Source: Gammaproteobacteria bacterium
Lineage (GTDB): Bacteria > Pseudomonadota > Gammaproteobacteria > Eutrophobiales > Eutrophobiaceae
DNA length: 64,000 nucleotides
Assembly (NCBI GenBank): GCA_965222155.1
Contig: CBDCTH010000012.1
Coordinates: forward strand, 3,360,001 to 3,424,000
Direction of reading: 5' to 3'
Below the pieces are notes generated by a model. The model had not been told where the DNA came from and made no database searches. It worked only from the letters and a program-made list of their open reading frames with translations. Shown in pieces: positions 1 through 10,908 of this stretch (position 1 is the first letter of the stretch; each line of letters opens with the position of its first letter). Made by a program: the position numbers and the translations under genes.

Positions 1-1063
<1,063 letters not shown>

Positions 1064-1104
1064 AATACTTCGTATAACTGTTACCCATCAGCCCGCAGCT
1101 TGTT

Positions 1105-1342
1105 TCAGGCGCATCACGCCGATTGCGCGCCGACAGCTTGACCCGCTCCAACAGCGGCCGAAACTGCTCCCAGTCTACCGTCTCCGCCAGGCGCAGTAAC
1201 AGATCACCCAGTTTAGCCAGCCGTTTGTCTTGGGGGTCAAAAAAGGAACCGAACAGATCTTGTGTCTTCATAGCGTCTCCATACCAACGTGTTGAAATCA
1301 GTCACCGATATTATATTATGGGCTGAATAAATAGAGGTTCCC
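1105..1342 (-). mobile_element. IS5-family remnant (one end plus transposase N-terminus)
   Basis: ORF 1041-1271 FFDPQDKRLAKLGDLLLRLAETVDWEQFRPLL resembles the IS5 transposase N-terminus; terminal AGAGGTTCCC at 1333-1342. Confidence 0.7.
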
Positions 1343-1343
1343 A

Positions 1344-1427
1344 TATAATTCAGTGAATATACTGGAAGGCTATCCTATCCTTGAAATCAGAATCCCAAAG
1401 GAGGTTATTGACTATGGCGCTGAGTAG
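1344..1427 (+). pseudogene. C-terminal remnant of a PIN-domain toxin, truncated by the IS5 remnant
   Basis: Reads YNSVNILEGYPILEIRIPKEVIDYGAE*, similar to the C-terminus of PIN proteins that precede small partner genes; starts right at the IS end. Confidence 0.55.
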
Positions 1428-1623
1428 CAAACCGTTTGATTCCGTCCAGATGATGCGTCCAATCCGGGATGAACTTGATAAGCAGATCAAAGATATAACG
1501 TTTGAGCAGGAGCAAGCTTACATTCGTGAGCATCTATGTGGCGAATCCATGGGCGTTGTCTCCGACAGCAGTAAGAGAGATTCAACACAGCCCGGCCGCC
1601 TGCGATCAGAAAAATACGGATAA
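1414..1623 (+). CDS. Small helical protein, putative partner (antitoxin) of the PIN toxin
   Basis: FDSVQMMRPIRDELDKQIKDITFEQEQAYI motif; GGAGG RBS before ATG 1414; overlaps the PIN remnant stop. Confidence 0.5.
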   Translation: MALSSKPFDSVQMMRPIRDELDKQIKDITFEQEQAYIREHLCGESMGVVSDSSKRDSTQPGRLRSEKYG

Positions 1624-1654
1624 ACTGTGTTGGTTTAAGATTTGCGACAGATGA

Positions 1655-3391
1655 GTGTTGCCTAATCAGACATCCGTGCCCGAACAACTCATTCAGCAGG
1701 AACTACACCTGCCCTTTCCTGACCTTGCCGCCGACATGCCATTGCTGCCTGCGCGTATGGTCAATGAGTATGAATATTGTCCGCGACTGGCTTATCTGGA
1801 ATGGGTACAGGGTGAGTGGCAGGAATCATCAGATACCATCCAGGGGAAGTATCAGCATCGCCGCGTCGATAAGCCGGGTGGAAAACTCCCTGACCCGGAG
1901 AATGCTGAAGACGACCAGGAGTTTCATGCACGTTCCATTACGTTATCCTCCAATCGGCTTGGCATCATTGCAAAACTCGATCTGGTTGAGGGAGAAGGCA
2001 ATGTTGTCACACCTGTGGATTATAAAAAGGGAAAACGCCCCCACGTAGCGCAGGGGGCTTACAGCCCGGAACGCGTTCAGTTATGTCTACAAGGCATGTT
2101 GCTGACGGAACACGGTTATGAGTGTACAGAAGGGATTTTGTATTACGCAGAATCCAGGGAGCGGGTACGCGTGGCCTTCGATGAGGAGTTGAAAAATCAA
2201 ACCTTGTCCGCTGTTTCCGGTCTGCGTCTTATCGCAGCCGGCGGTCAAATACCGCCACCGTTGGAAGACAGTCCCAAGTGCCCGCGCTGTTCTCTGGTCG
2301 GCATCTGTCTGCCGGATGAGGTCAACTTCCTTAAACACCTGAAGACACAACCCAGGCCTTTGGCTGTCACACGGGATGACGGCATGCCCGTGTATGTCCA
2401 GGCTAACCGCGCATCTGTCAGAAAATCAGGAGAAACACTGGAAATATCCGTGGAAGACAAAGTGGTCAAGAAAGCCCGCCTGCCCGAAGTATCACAAGTC
2501 GTATTGATGGGTAATGTCTACGTCACCACCCCTGCTCTACACGAACTCATGCGTCGGGAAATTCCAGTCACCTGGCACTCTTTCGGCGGCTGGTTCCTGG
2601 GGCACACCATCGGAACCGGGCACAAGAACATCGAACTGCGCACAGCGCAATTCAAGGCAAGTTTTGATGAACGGGTGTGCCTGACCTTAGCCAAGGGTTT
2701 TGTGCGTGCCAAAATTCAGAACTGCCGCACCATTATGCGCAGAAACTGGAAACCCGAAGAAAAGCCGAAGCGTCTTCACGATCGGTTCCGTCAAGATATG
2801 GAACGCTCTGAACGAGTTATATCAACTGCGGAGTTACTGGGAGTAGAGGGCAACGCGGCTGCGCGTTATTTTGGGGAATTTCAAAATTTAATCAAACAGG
2901 ACAAGGAGACAAAGCAATTTGTTTTCCAGTTTGAGAAGCGTAATCGCCGACCGCCTGCTGATCCGGTTAACGCTTTATTATCCTATGCTTACAGCCTCCT
3001 GACGCGTACCTGGACGGTAACATTGACTTCAGTGGGGTTTGATACATATCGTGGTTTTTTTCATCAGCCACGCTACGGCCGTCCGGCTCTGGCTTTGGAC
3101 ATGATGGAACCTTTCAGGCCGCTGGTTGCTGATTCTGCGGTACTGATGGCGATTAACAATGGTGAAATCAGGCCGAGTGATTTCATAGTCGTTGCCGGTA
3201 GTGTCAATCTCACTGCGGACGGAAGGAAGAGATTCATCGGGACGTTTGAACGACGGCTTAGCCAGGAGATTACTCATCCTCTGTTCGGCTATAAAATCAG
3301 TTACCGTCGATTATTTGAAGTGCAAGCAAGATTGCTGGCCAGGTTTCTGCTTGGCGAATTAATTGAACTTCCCCAATTCACCACGCGCTGA
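1655..3391 (+). CDS. cas1: CRISPR-associated Cas4/Cas1 fusion
   Basis: N-terminal Cas4 ([19 protein letters not shown]) fused to Cas1 ([28 protein letters not shown]). Confidence 0.97.
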   Translation: MLPNQTSVPEQLIQQELHLPFPDLAADMPLLPARMVNEYEYCPRLAYLEWVQGEWQESSDTIQGKYQHRRVDKPGGKLPDPENAEDDQEFHARSITLSSNRLGIIAKLDLVEGEGNVVTPVDYKKGKRPHVAQGAYSPERVQLCLQGMLLTEHGYECTEGILYYAESRERVRVAFDEELKNQTLSAVSGLRLIAAGGQIPPPLEDSPKCPRCSLVGICLPDEVNFLKHLKTQPRPLAVTRDDGMPVYVQANRASVRKSGETLEISVEDKVVKKARLPEVSQVVLMGNVYVTTPALHELMRREIPVTWHSFGGWFLGHTIGTGHKNIELRTAQFKASFDERVCLTLAKGFVRAKIQNCRTIMRRNWKPEEKPKRLHDRFRQDMERSERVISTAELLGVEGNAAARYFGEFQNLIKQDKETKQFVFQFEKRNRRPPADPVNALLSYAYSLLTRTWTVTLTSVGFDTYRGFFHQPRYGRPALALDMMEPFRPLVADSAVLMAINNGEIRPSDFIVVAGSVNLTADGRKRFIGTFERRLSQEITHPLFGYKISYRRLFEVQARLLARFLLGELIELPQFTTR

Positions 3392-3396
3392 ACTGC

Positions 3397-3687
3397 ATGG
3401 ACGAACATCTGTATATTATTGCCTACGATATAGCCGATCAAAAAAGGTGGCGCTCCATATTCAAGCTGCTGAACGGCTATGGAGAGTGGCTACAACTTTC
3501 CGTCTTTCAGTGTCGATTATCCCGACGGCGTCATGCAGAACTGATCGCGACACTGGATGAAATTATTCATCACAAAGAGGATCATGTTATAATTCTGGAC
3601 CTGGGGATGGCGGATTCTGTTAGACCAAAGGTTGTGAGCCTTGGCAAGGACTTTCAGGCGGTGGAGAGAGAACCAGTGATTGTCTGA
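3397..3687 (+). CDS. cas2: CRISPR-associated endonuclease Cas2
   Basis: YIIAYDI...WLQLSVF motif, 96 aa, directly after cas1. Confidence 0.97.
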   Translation: MDEHLYIIAYDIADQKRWRSIFKLLNGYGEWLQLSVFQCRLSRRRHAELIATLDEIIHHKEDHVIILDLGMADSVRPKVVSLGKDFQAVEREPVIV

Positions 3688-3889
3688 CACCCGACTGTCC
3701 TTTGCGAGCGCTTTAGTGATGCGTATTTTCCAGTCAGCCCTCGCATTATAATGTTCTTTGTCAATCAGACTGTTATGGGTAATAATTCACTGAAAAGGTG
3801 CATAGTGCATAGAAATTATGGCAGGCTGCTGAAACTGCTCGTCAGGACATATTATTATCCTTACGAAACAACGGATTGCCGACTGCGCT
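3688..3889 (+). promoter_or_regulatory. CRISPR leader
   Basis: Non-coding stretch between cas2 and the first repeat, with a TGCGAG...CTCGCA inverted motif. Confidence 0.7.
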
Positions 3890-4070
3890 AATTCCGCCGC
3901 ATTAATGCGGCGGCCTCATTGAAGCGTCCTGAGCTGGGTTTCGCTGATCCCGTTGAGTCCTAATTCCGCCGCATTAATGCGGCGGCCTCATTGAAGCGAT
4001 CAGACTGCCGACCCAAAGAGCAAAAAGAACCTTAAATTCCGCCGCATTAATGCGGCGGCCTCATTGAAGC
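3890..4070 (+). CRISPR. Type I-G CRISPR array: 3 identical 36-bp repeats, 2 full spacers, then a 24-nt partial spacer (4071-4094)
   Basis: AATTCCGCCGCATTAATGCGGCGGCCTCATTGAAGC at 3890, 3962 and 4035; spacers of 36 and 37 bp; palindromic core and ATTGAAGC end. Confidence 0.95.
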
Positions 4071-4094
4071 GCTACAAGTCATTGGCAATATTCT

Positions 4095-4279
4095 CTCTAA
4101 TCGCGCATTAGAAAGTGCGGGGATCAAAAAAGCCTTGCCTGTATGAAGTTGTGAGATTAGCGAGCGATAACATACCCTATTCAAGGGTAAACCGTGGCTC
4201 ATTGCTACTGAGTAAGGCACTACAAACAGACAGAATGCGCCTTGAATGCCCGTTTTAAATCTCTAACGCGGGATTTGGG
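4095..4279 (+). mobile_element. IS1380-type miniature (internally deleted) element, copy 1
   Basis: Ends CTCTAATCGCGCATTAGA...TCTAACGCGGGATTTGGG are inverted repeats; the first ~65 bp match 12949-13015. Confidence 0.7.
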
Positions 4280-4373
4280 GGAAAAGAAAGTATTGTAAAT
4301 GTGATAAAGAAACACGATATTGGTTCTTGAAGATCATTCGCATAAAAAAGGCAGAATGAAGTATTCTTAGCCA

Positions 4374-4401
4374 TTGACACCGGAGTCAGTCAAAATAGAA
4401 T
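4374..4401 (+). promoter_or_regulatory. Putative sigma70 promoter of the IclR gene
   Basis: TTGACA-16 bp-TAGAAT. Confidence 0.5.
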
Positions 4402-4458
4402 CCATAAATAAATAACAATACGTTCCATCTACCTAATTCTTGCGTAATGATGTGAAGT

Positions 4459-5205
4459 ATGAATAACGATGTCGTAAAGTCAGTAGGTCGGGTGCTAAGC
4501 GTCCTGGAACTGTTTCGAAACCAACAGGTTCCATTGACGGCAACAGAGATTTGCAAGCATCTCGATTATCCCAAGTCAAGTGCCGATGCACTGTTAAAGA
4601 GCCTGGTCAAGCTCGGCTATATTGCCCTGGATTCACAAACCATGCAGTACTTTCCGTCCCTGAGAGTAACCAAACTCGGGGATTGGTTGCCGGGCATACT
4701 CTTTGGCAGCGGCCAGACTCTGGATATGCTTGAGGAGTTGAGCAGCCAGACCCAGGAGACGGTTACTTTATCCATGCCAAACGCTTTGAGCATGCAATTT
4801 ATTACGGTTATTCCAGGCACTTTCCCAATTTCACTTACAGTGCGTGAGGGCTTCAATGTACCAATCTTCACAACCGCCGTCGGCATTGCCCAGCTTGCCA
4901 CGCGCTCGGACAAAGACATAAAGATATTGGCCAAACGCGCGAATCGCCGTTTATCCCAAGGCCGGAAACGAGTCGACCTGACTTCGGTCATGAGTGAAAT
5001 TGAAGCAGCGCGCGCCAAGGGCTATGCCGAAGCCTATGATCGCGTCCTGCCTGATACCGGAGCCATCGCAATGGCGTTACCTGTCAGTTTGCATGACCGC
5101 GCGCTGGTCGTTGGAGTAGGTGGGTTGGCCGGGCGAATCAGGAGAAATGAAATAACCTTAATACATCAAATGCGCCAGACCATACGACAATATAGTTACG
5201 ACTAA
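4459..5205 (+). CDS. IclR-family transcriptional regulator
   Basis: VKSVGRVLSVLELF N-terminal HTH, ETVTL and TAVGIA effector-domain motifs. Confidence 0.93.
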   Translation: MNNDVVKSVGRVLSVLELFRNQQVPLTATEICKHLDYPKSSADALLKSLVKLGYIALDSQTMQYFPSLRVTKLGDWLPGILFGSGQTLDMLEELSSQTQETVTLSMPNALSMQFITVIPGTFPISLTVREGFNVPIFTTAVGIAQLATRSDKDIKILAKRANRRLSQGRKRVDLTSVMSEIEAARAKGYAEAYDRVLPDTGAIAMALPVSLHDRALVVGVGGLAGRIRRNEITLIHQMRQTIRQYSYD

Positions 5206-5229
5206 ACTATAACAACAGCGTCAAGTTTG

Positions 5230-5370
5230 CAGGTGCTCCCGCTAAATCGAGGTCAATACAGAAAGCGGGGGGACAGATTTAAATCTGTCCCCGTTTCCCT
5301 AGGAGAGAGGGTGTCTCGCCCTTCACGAGGGCAGGATGCCCTCGATCCCGTGAGTTAGCGGGAACTGCTG
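5230..5370. mobile_element. MITE with CAG..CCCGCTAA terminal inverted repeats carrying REP-like hairpins, copy 1
   Basis: CAGGTGCTCCCGCTAA...TTAGCGGGAACTGCTG, flanked by tcaagtttg/tcaagttta; second copy at 39416-39591. Confidence 0.75.
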
Positions 5371-5385
5371 TCAAGTTTATATAAT

Positions 5386-5455
5386 AATTCTCAAACATGA
5401 ATATTATATCCATGTTTGAGAATTTATTGACAGGCCTCAACTTCCCTTTTACAGT
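5386..5455 (+). promoter_or_regulatory. Operator palindrome plus sigma70 promoter upstream of the amidohydrolase operon
   Basis: Perfect 14-bp inverted repeat AATTCTCAAACATG-N11-CATGTTTGAGAATT (5386-5424) directly before TTGACA(5427)-17 bp-TACAGT(5450). Confidence 0.65.
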
Positions 5456-5532
5456 ACGGATAATAATACAAACAGACGCACTCGGCGTACTGAATGCTCA
5501 TAGAGCAAACGCATACTTTTGAATCCCGGTTT

Positions 5533-5963
5533 CCGTCATTCTGGCGAATGCCGAGTAGTGGCACATGGATGTGCCGTCAACGGAGCGTAGGATGCAAATC
5601 CAGTGGATAAGTCTTCCTTAGCCCGGATTTCTCACTAGGCGATGCGATGACAAATCGGCAGGATAGCCGATTTGCACGGTGACAGCCGCCCGTAGGGTTG
5701 CGCCCAGAGCCTGCCCCCCTGCTTACAACCGCAGGGGCAAGCTCTGTATGGAGTTGAGCAGGGGGATGGGCGCAATGAACACGTGCCCGCTGGCGCAAAA
5801 AAGACAAGCAAGGGCGCATCAAGCGCAGTCTGTTATGGCTGGATGATGAACACATTATCATAACTCAATGAAATCAAACCTATATCTGTTGGCAACAAGC
5901 GGACTGGTGAGAAATCCGAGTTAGTACTATTTCGACTGGATTCTGGCATTCGCCAGAATGACA
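5533..5963. repeat. Nested cluster of small palindromic elements
   Basis: Outer GTCATTCTGGCGAATGCC inverted pair; inner element with AGCCCGGATTTCTCAC/GTGAGAAATCCGAGTT ends (5620-5922); a 72-bp unit with further inserts inside (5647-5778). Confidence 0.7.
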
Positions 5964-5993
5964 CGGAGCAGGCTTCTTAACGGTTAAACATCT

Positions 5994-6881
5994 ATGAAGA
6001 ACGGCTATATCGACATTGTCTGTAACCTTTATACACATCGAACCGTGCAGGAAGGCCGCATCGGTATTGATGATGAGTTCAAACGACAGGTGCGCATGCC
6101 CGAGAACTTACGAAACGGCCTGAGCATTGAGGACTATCTTGAAAAAATGGATAGGTCGAACATCGAACGATCCCTGCTGATCGCCGTGCGGGCGGGGGAC
6201 TTGAATGTACGCGGGTCTCATGAAATACCTTACGATTACGTGCGGGAAATATGCCGGCAATACCCGGAACGGTTTTCGGGTCTTGCCGGAGTAGATCCGA
6301 CCCGCGGCATGCAGGGACTCAGGGACCTGGAGATCGGGGTACGCGAGTATGGGTTTGTCGGTGCACACTGGTACCCGCACTGGTTCGCGATGGCGCCGAA
6401 CGCTGCGCAGATCTATCCTTACTATGCCAAGTGTTGTGAACTGGACATCCCGATCATGATGCAGGTCGGCCATAATCTTATATATAGCCGCGATCGCCGT
6501 CTGCCGTCGGTCGGCAGGCCGATCCTGCTGGACCAGGTTGCGATCGATTTTCCCGAACTCAAGCTTATCGGTATTCACATCGGCATACCCTGGACCGATG
6601 AAATGATTTCAATGTGCTGGAAACACGACAACGTGTACACCGCCGGCGATGCTTATGCGCCGCGTTATTGGCCCGCCCAGTACCTGCACTACGCAAATAC
6701 GTACGGCCGTCACAAGGTAATGTTTGGTAGCGACTGGCCGGTGATTGATCCGGAGCGAGCTGTGGAGGAAGTTGCGAGACTCGATTTAAAAGCCGAATCC
6801 CGGCGCATGTTAATGCGAGACAATGCCTTACGTGTGTTCCGCTTGCCTGGTCACGAAAACCTCCCGGTAGGACCTGTGTGA
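5994..6881 (+). CDS. Amidohydrolase-2 family metal-dependent hydrolase
   Basis: PERFSGLAGVDP, YAKCCELDIPI, FPELKLIG.H.G.PW and FGSDWP motifs. Confidence 0.9.
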   Translation: MKNGYIDIVCNLYTHRTVQEGRIGIDDEFKRQVRMPENLRNGLSIEDYLEKMDRSNIERSLLIAVRAGDLNVRGSHEIPYDYVREICRQYPERFSGLAGVDPTRGMQGLRDLEIGVREYGFVGAHWYPHWFAMAPNAAQIYPYYAKCCELDIPIMMQVGHNLIYSRDRRLPSVGRPILLDQVAIDFPELKLIGIHIGIPWTDEMISMCWKHDNVYTAGDAYAPRYWPAQYLHYANTYGRHKVMFGSDWPVIDPERAVEEVARLDLKAESRRMLMRDNALRVFRLPGHENLPVGPV

Positions 6882-8433
6882 GAATAAAGATGGTTGATGC
6901 TGTACGGAAAGACTTGCCCCGGACCTATTTCCCATTATCGCTGGCCAGCGGCATTCGAACTGCGATGTACCGCAATCCGGACAAGATCGCAGTGCAGGAT
7001 TCGAACAGTTCTCGCAGTTACCACCAACTGGTTGAACGGATTGATTGCATCACTCAGGGTTTTATTAGCGATCTTGCCCTGACCATGCATGATCATGCAG
7101 CGATACTTGCGGGTAACTCGATTGAATATATCGAAATTGTTGCCGGGGACTCACAGGCAGGCGTCGCCCTCGCTACCATTAGTCCCCGACTCAGCAGCGA
7201 CGAAGTGATATCGATCTGTGATGATGCGCAGGTGCGTGTCCTGTTTGTCGATGCCGCTAACGCAGAGCGTGTCCACGATTGCGAGTTTGCCAGCGTGGAA
7301 CGCATTATCCGGTTCGGGCCTGAACTTGAAACCTGGATATCTGCGTCAAATCCCATCCAGTCACCACCCCGGGTCCCGGAGGAGAATGTATTCACCATTC
7401 CCTACACATCCGGGACGACGGGTTACCCGAAGGGAGTGATGGTCTCACACCGCTCAAGACTCCTGACACTTTACGCGATGGCAGTAGAGTATGGTTGCTA
7501 CTCTTCGGACGACCGCTTCCTGACCGTCGCGCCGTTGTGCCATGGTGGAGGTATGGTATTCGCCCTGGCTGCAATCTATTTCGGTGGTTACACACAGTTG
7601 ATGAATCAATTCGATCCAGAGGCTGTATTGCGGGCGTTTAAAAACGATCGTATCAGCGGTGTTTTCATGGTACCCACCCACTTTCACGACATTTTTAAAT
7701 TGGGGGAACCACTGCTGGCAAAACAGCGCAATAACACATTGCAGGCAATCATTTCGAACGCGGCGCCATTACCACAATCAATCAAGGAAAGAATTGTTGA
7801 GAATTTCGGTACCGGACTGCTCCATGAAACTTACGGTTCTACAGAGGCAGGGATAGTTACAAACCTTCGACCTGAGGATCAATTACGCAAACAGAATTGT
7901 GTGGGTTTACCTTTCCCGTCCACGTTGGTAAAGATCACCGACGAGCAGGGTGAGGAGTGTGCAGAAGGTGAGGCCGGAGAACTGTTTTCATGCAGCCCGT
8001 TTCTGTTTAACGGTTATTGGAATAAGCCGGAGGAGACAACCGTCGCCTATCGGGATGGCTGGGTGACGGCAGGCGATATCGCACGCCGGGACAGGGAAGG
8101 TTACATTTATATCACGGACCGTAAAAAAGACATGGTAATTTCCGGTGGCATCAATATATACCCGCGCGAGATCGAAAACGTACTCATAGAATATCCGTCC
8201 ATAATCGAAGCAGGAGTGATAGGGGTGTGCCCGACGCCAAGTGGGGAGAGCGTCTGAAAGCGTTTATTGTTGTTGAGTCAGACGAGCAGTTCGAGGATGA
8301 TCAAGTCATCAGTTATTGCCAGAGTAAGCTGGCGCGCTTCAAAGTGCCGCGCGAATTTGAAATCATCGATGAATTACCGCGTAATAACGGAGGGAAATTA
8401 TTGAAGAAGGAGCTCAGGGAAAAAGCTATCTAG
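6878..8433 (+). pseudogene. Acyl-CoA ligase (class I adenylate-forming enzyme), frameshifted near 8225
   Basis: YTSGTTGYPKG, YGSTE, GDIA and DRKKDM motifs; the C-terminal PDAKWGE...LPRNNGGKLLK part is in another frame (8227-8433); could be a sequencing error. Confidence 0.85.
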
Positions 8434-10057
8434 TCGTTCCTGAAAAACCCTGTTTCAATCCGCCATTGAGGTCGCCGGCCACCATGATAAGCAATTTGAG
8501 TTGCCCCACAAACGTAGCCACGCCCACAGGCGTGTCCCTTTTTCGAGACAAAAAAGCCTGAGCCTGTTCAGGACCAGGCGCAGGGTGTGACCGGCACAAC
8601 TCAACAGGACATTCAATTGGTCGCCGTCTGTCCCTGTCAGGTGATTGCGCCCCAACAGCCCATCGGCTTTCAAATGACCGATGACCGGTTCAATCGCCTG
8701 GCGGCGTTTGAGTGACCGTTTTAACCGCTGTGTCTTAATACCGCGCTTCTGCCCGGAGATGTACACCGTGGACTCGGTTTCATCATGCCCCCGATAACCC
8801 CGGTCTACAAACGCCTCGTCACTACTCGTCCCGGTCAAGCGCCGTACCTGTGCCAGGGCTTTCTTCAAGGTGTGCCCGTCATACGGACTGCCCGGCACGG
8901 CCATACCCCCCACCACAAAGTTACTCTTGTTCGTGGTGGCAATACTCGCCTTCACCCCGAATTCATTGCGCCCCTCCTTGGGCGCAACCCTTCGGGCGGC
9001 TTGCGCCGTGCAAATCGTCTGTCCTGACGATTTGTCATACCGCTTGTGCGCCTTCCCTTTACTGATACATTCCACCGCCGGGGCGTGCAGGCTGTACAGC
9101 TTGTGTTTATCCTGTTTCTGCTGGGCCAACAGTCGCTTGGCTAAGGCCAACTCGTCCGCAAACAGCGCCTGTCGGGCCGGATTGCCCGCGGTGTTACGCT
9201 CACTGTCACGTACTACCCGCCCCAGAGCCTGCCCCTGTATGGAGTTGAGCAGGGGGAGGTGCGTAACCGCTTCACCTCGCGCCGCAGCCGCCGATACTGT
9301 TTGGCATGACCATAGCGGTTTGCCTGTTGTAACGCCCGCGGCCCCTTGCGGGCATAGCTCTGACGTAATAGCACGCCCTGTTTGCGGCATAACCGCACCC
9401 ACCGCTCCCGTGACCGATTTAACAACTTGCTGTCCGTCGGACAGCTCACCGCCTTCTCCTGTACCGTGGTGTCCACCGTCACCCGTTTGAAGTCCGTCGT
9501 CTTCACTGCCTTGCTCTGCACCCCCAGCGCCACCGTCACCTGTAACATCCGCTCACACCCCGCCGCCCCAATGCGTTGGCGAAAGCGCGTCAGACTGCTC
9601 GGGTCCACCGGCGCCTCATGCTGAAAGTACACCGCCCCACAGACATACTGCCAATACGGATTCTCCACCCAGCCCGACACCACCGCCTCATCGGATAACC
9701 CATAACAATGCTTCAGATAATGCAACCCCACCATCAACCGGGTCGGTTTCCCCGGACAGCCGTTATCCGGGCAGTACAGCGGCCCGAACGCGGTATCAAA
9801 CACCGACCCGTCCACCAGGTCGGCCAACCGATACAATTCATGGCGTTGGTTGAGCATCGTGTCCAGGCGTTCGCGGAACAGGTCGGTTGAGGTGCGGGTA
9901 GCGGCGTCAGGTTGTCTGGGCGTCATTTTTGCCTCCGACATTGCAAGAAAATGAAGGTCCATGATACCAAAACCGGCACTATCAGTCCGGAAAAAATACT
10001 ACTTACATCAATATGATCAATGAATTAGAATGATTTATCGGGTTTTTCAGGGGCGAC
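8433..10057 (-). mobile_element. IS5-family insertion sequence with an inactivated transposase
   Basis: TIRs GTCGTTCCTGAAAAACCC / GGGTTTTTCAGGGGCGAC, TA on both flanks; transposase split over 9213-9962 and 8455-9402 (ENPYW, DTTVQEK, VDRGYRG, IEPVIGHLK). Confidence 0.93.
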
Positions 10058-10285
10058 TATTTAGGCGCTGGCTGAAGTTCGGGGGGACGACACAATCCCG
10101 GCAGTGTCCAGGGTACCCGCCACGGCGCACGCACATAACGATGCCCGTCAAGATTATGCACGAGGTCAATAGCGCGTACCTGAGGATGGTCCTTTAACGC
10201 GCCGAGTTCGGCAAACTCAACTGCCCAGACGTTATCGTAACTCTCAAGTATTTTCAGCACTTGCTGAGTCGTCAGCTTGCAAGTG
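10057..10285 (-). pseudogene. 3' fragment resembling a CaiB/BaiF class III CoA-transferase C-terminus
   Basis: LTTQQVLKILESYDNVW...L.DHPQVRA...PW...PP.L pattern; no start of its own. Confidence 0.4.
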
Positions 10286-10774
10286 TACTTTTCCCACTCG
10301 ACTTTGAATCCAGTTCCAACGATCCATCAAATGCGATCCGTCAGGCTTCAATGTCCCGTCCACATGCAAACGAGCCAGGCGCTCTTCCCTTTCTGCATCG
10401 GTGTACCATGGCACACCATGCAAAACGACGCGCCTGACCCGGTCGCGAAAAGCAGTGGCAAATTCGCAGGCCTGGGAGGCGCCCGTGTGGTGGCCGGCCA
10501 CGACAACTTTGTCGACACCCACATGGTCGAGCATGTAGGGCAGCACGCTTGCATATTGTTCTATAGATGGCGGTGAGTCGGGGGTATCAGACATGCCGTA
10601 ACCTGGTGTATCGGGTGCGATAACCTGAATCCCGGCGTCAGTCAACATAGGAAAAACATTCTGGAATTGCAGCGAAGATTGGGGTGTCTGGTGCAAGAGC
10701 AATAATGGCAACCCGTCGCCGCCGGTTCGATAGTGAACCTGCCCCATGGGTGTGTCGACGTAAGCTTTACGCAT
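10244..10774 (-). pseudogene. Alpha/beta hydrolase, C-terminally truncated
   Basis: YVDTPMGQVHYR, LLLLHQTP, PDTPGYGMSD and GHHTGA motifs; ends at ~175 aa without the catalytic His region. Confidence 0.75.
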
Positions 10775-10908
10775 TGATGCTCCCACTCCTCGTATGAAAA
10801 CAATTATACGGTTGTCTCTTATTTATCAAATGATAATTAAATTGTCAATTCTTTTTATTCTCCATAGTTACCGGCGCCAAGGTAAGTGACTGTATAATCG
10901 AAAACATC

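Noticed and set aside
3926-4034. Self-targeting spacers
   Set aside because: Only a 10-bp coincidental match (CGCTGATCCC at ~30521) was seen by eye
5577-5861. Small ORFs over repeat clusters (also 39447-39650, 54913-55122, 62806-63081)
   Set aside because: They are translations of palindromic repeats with no coding signal
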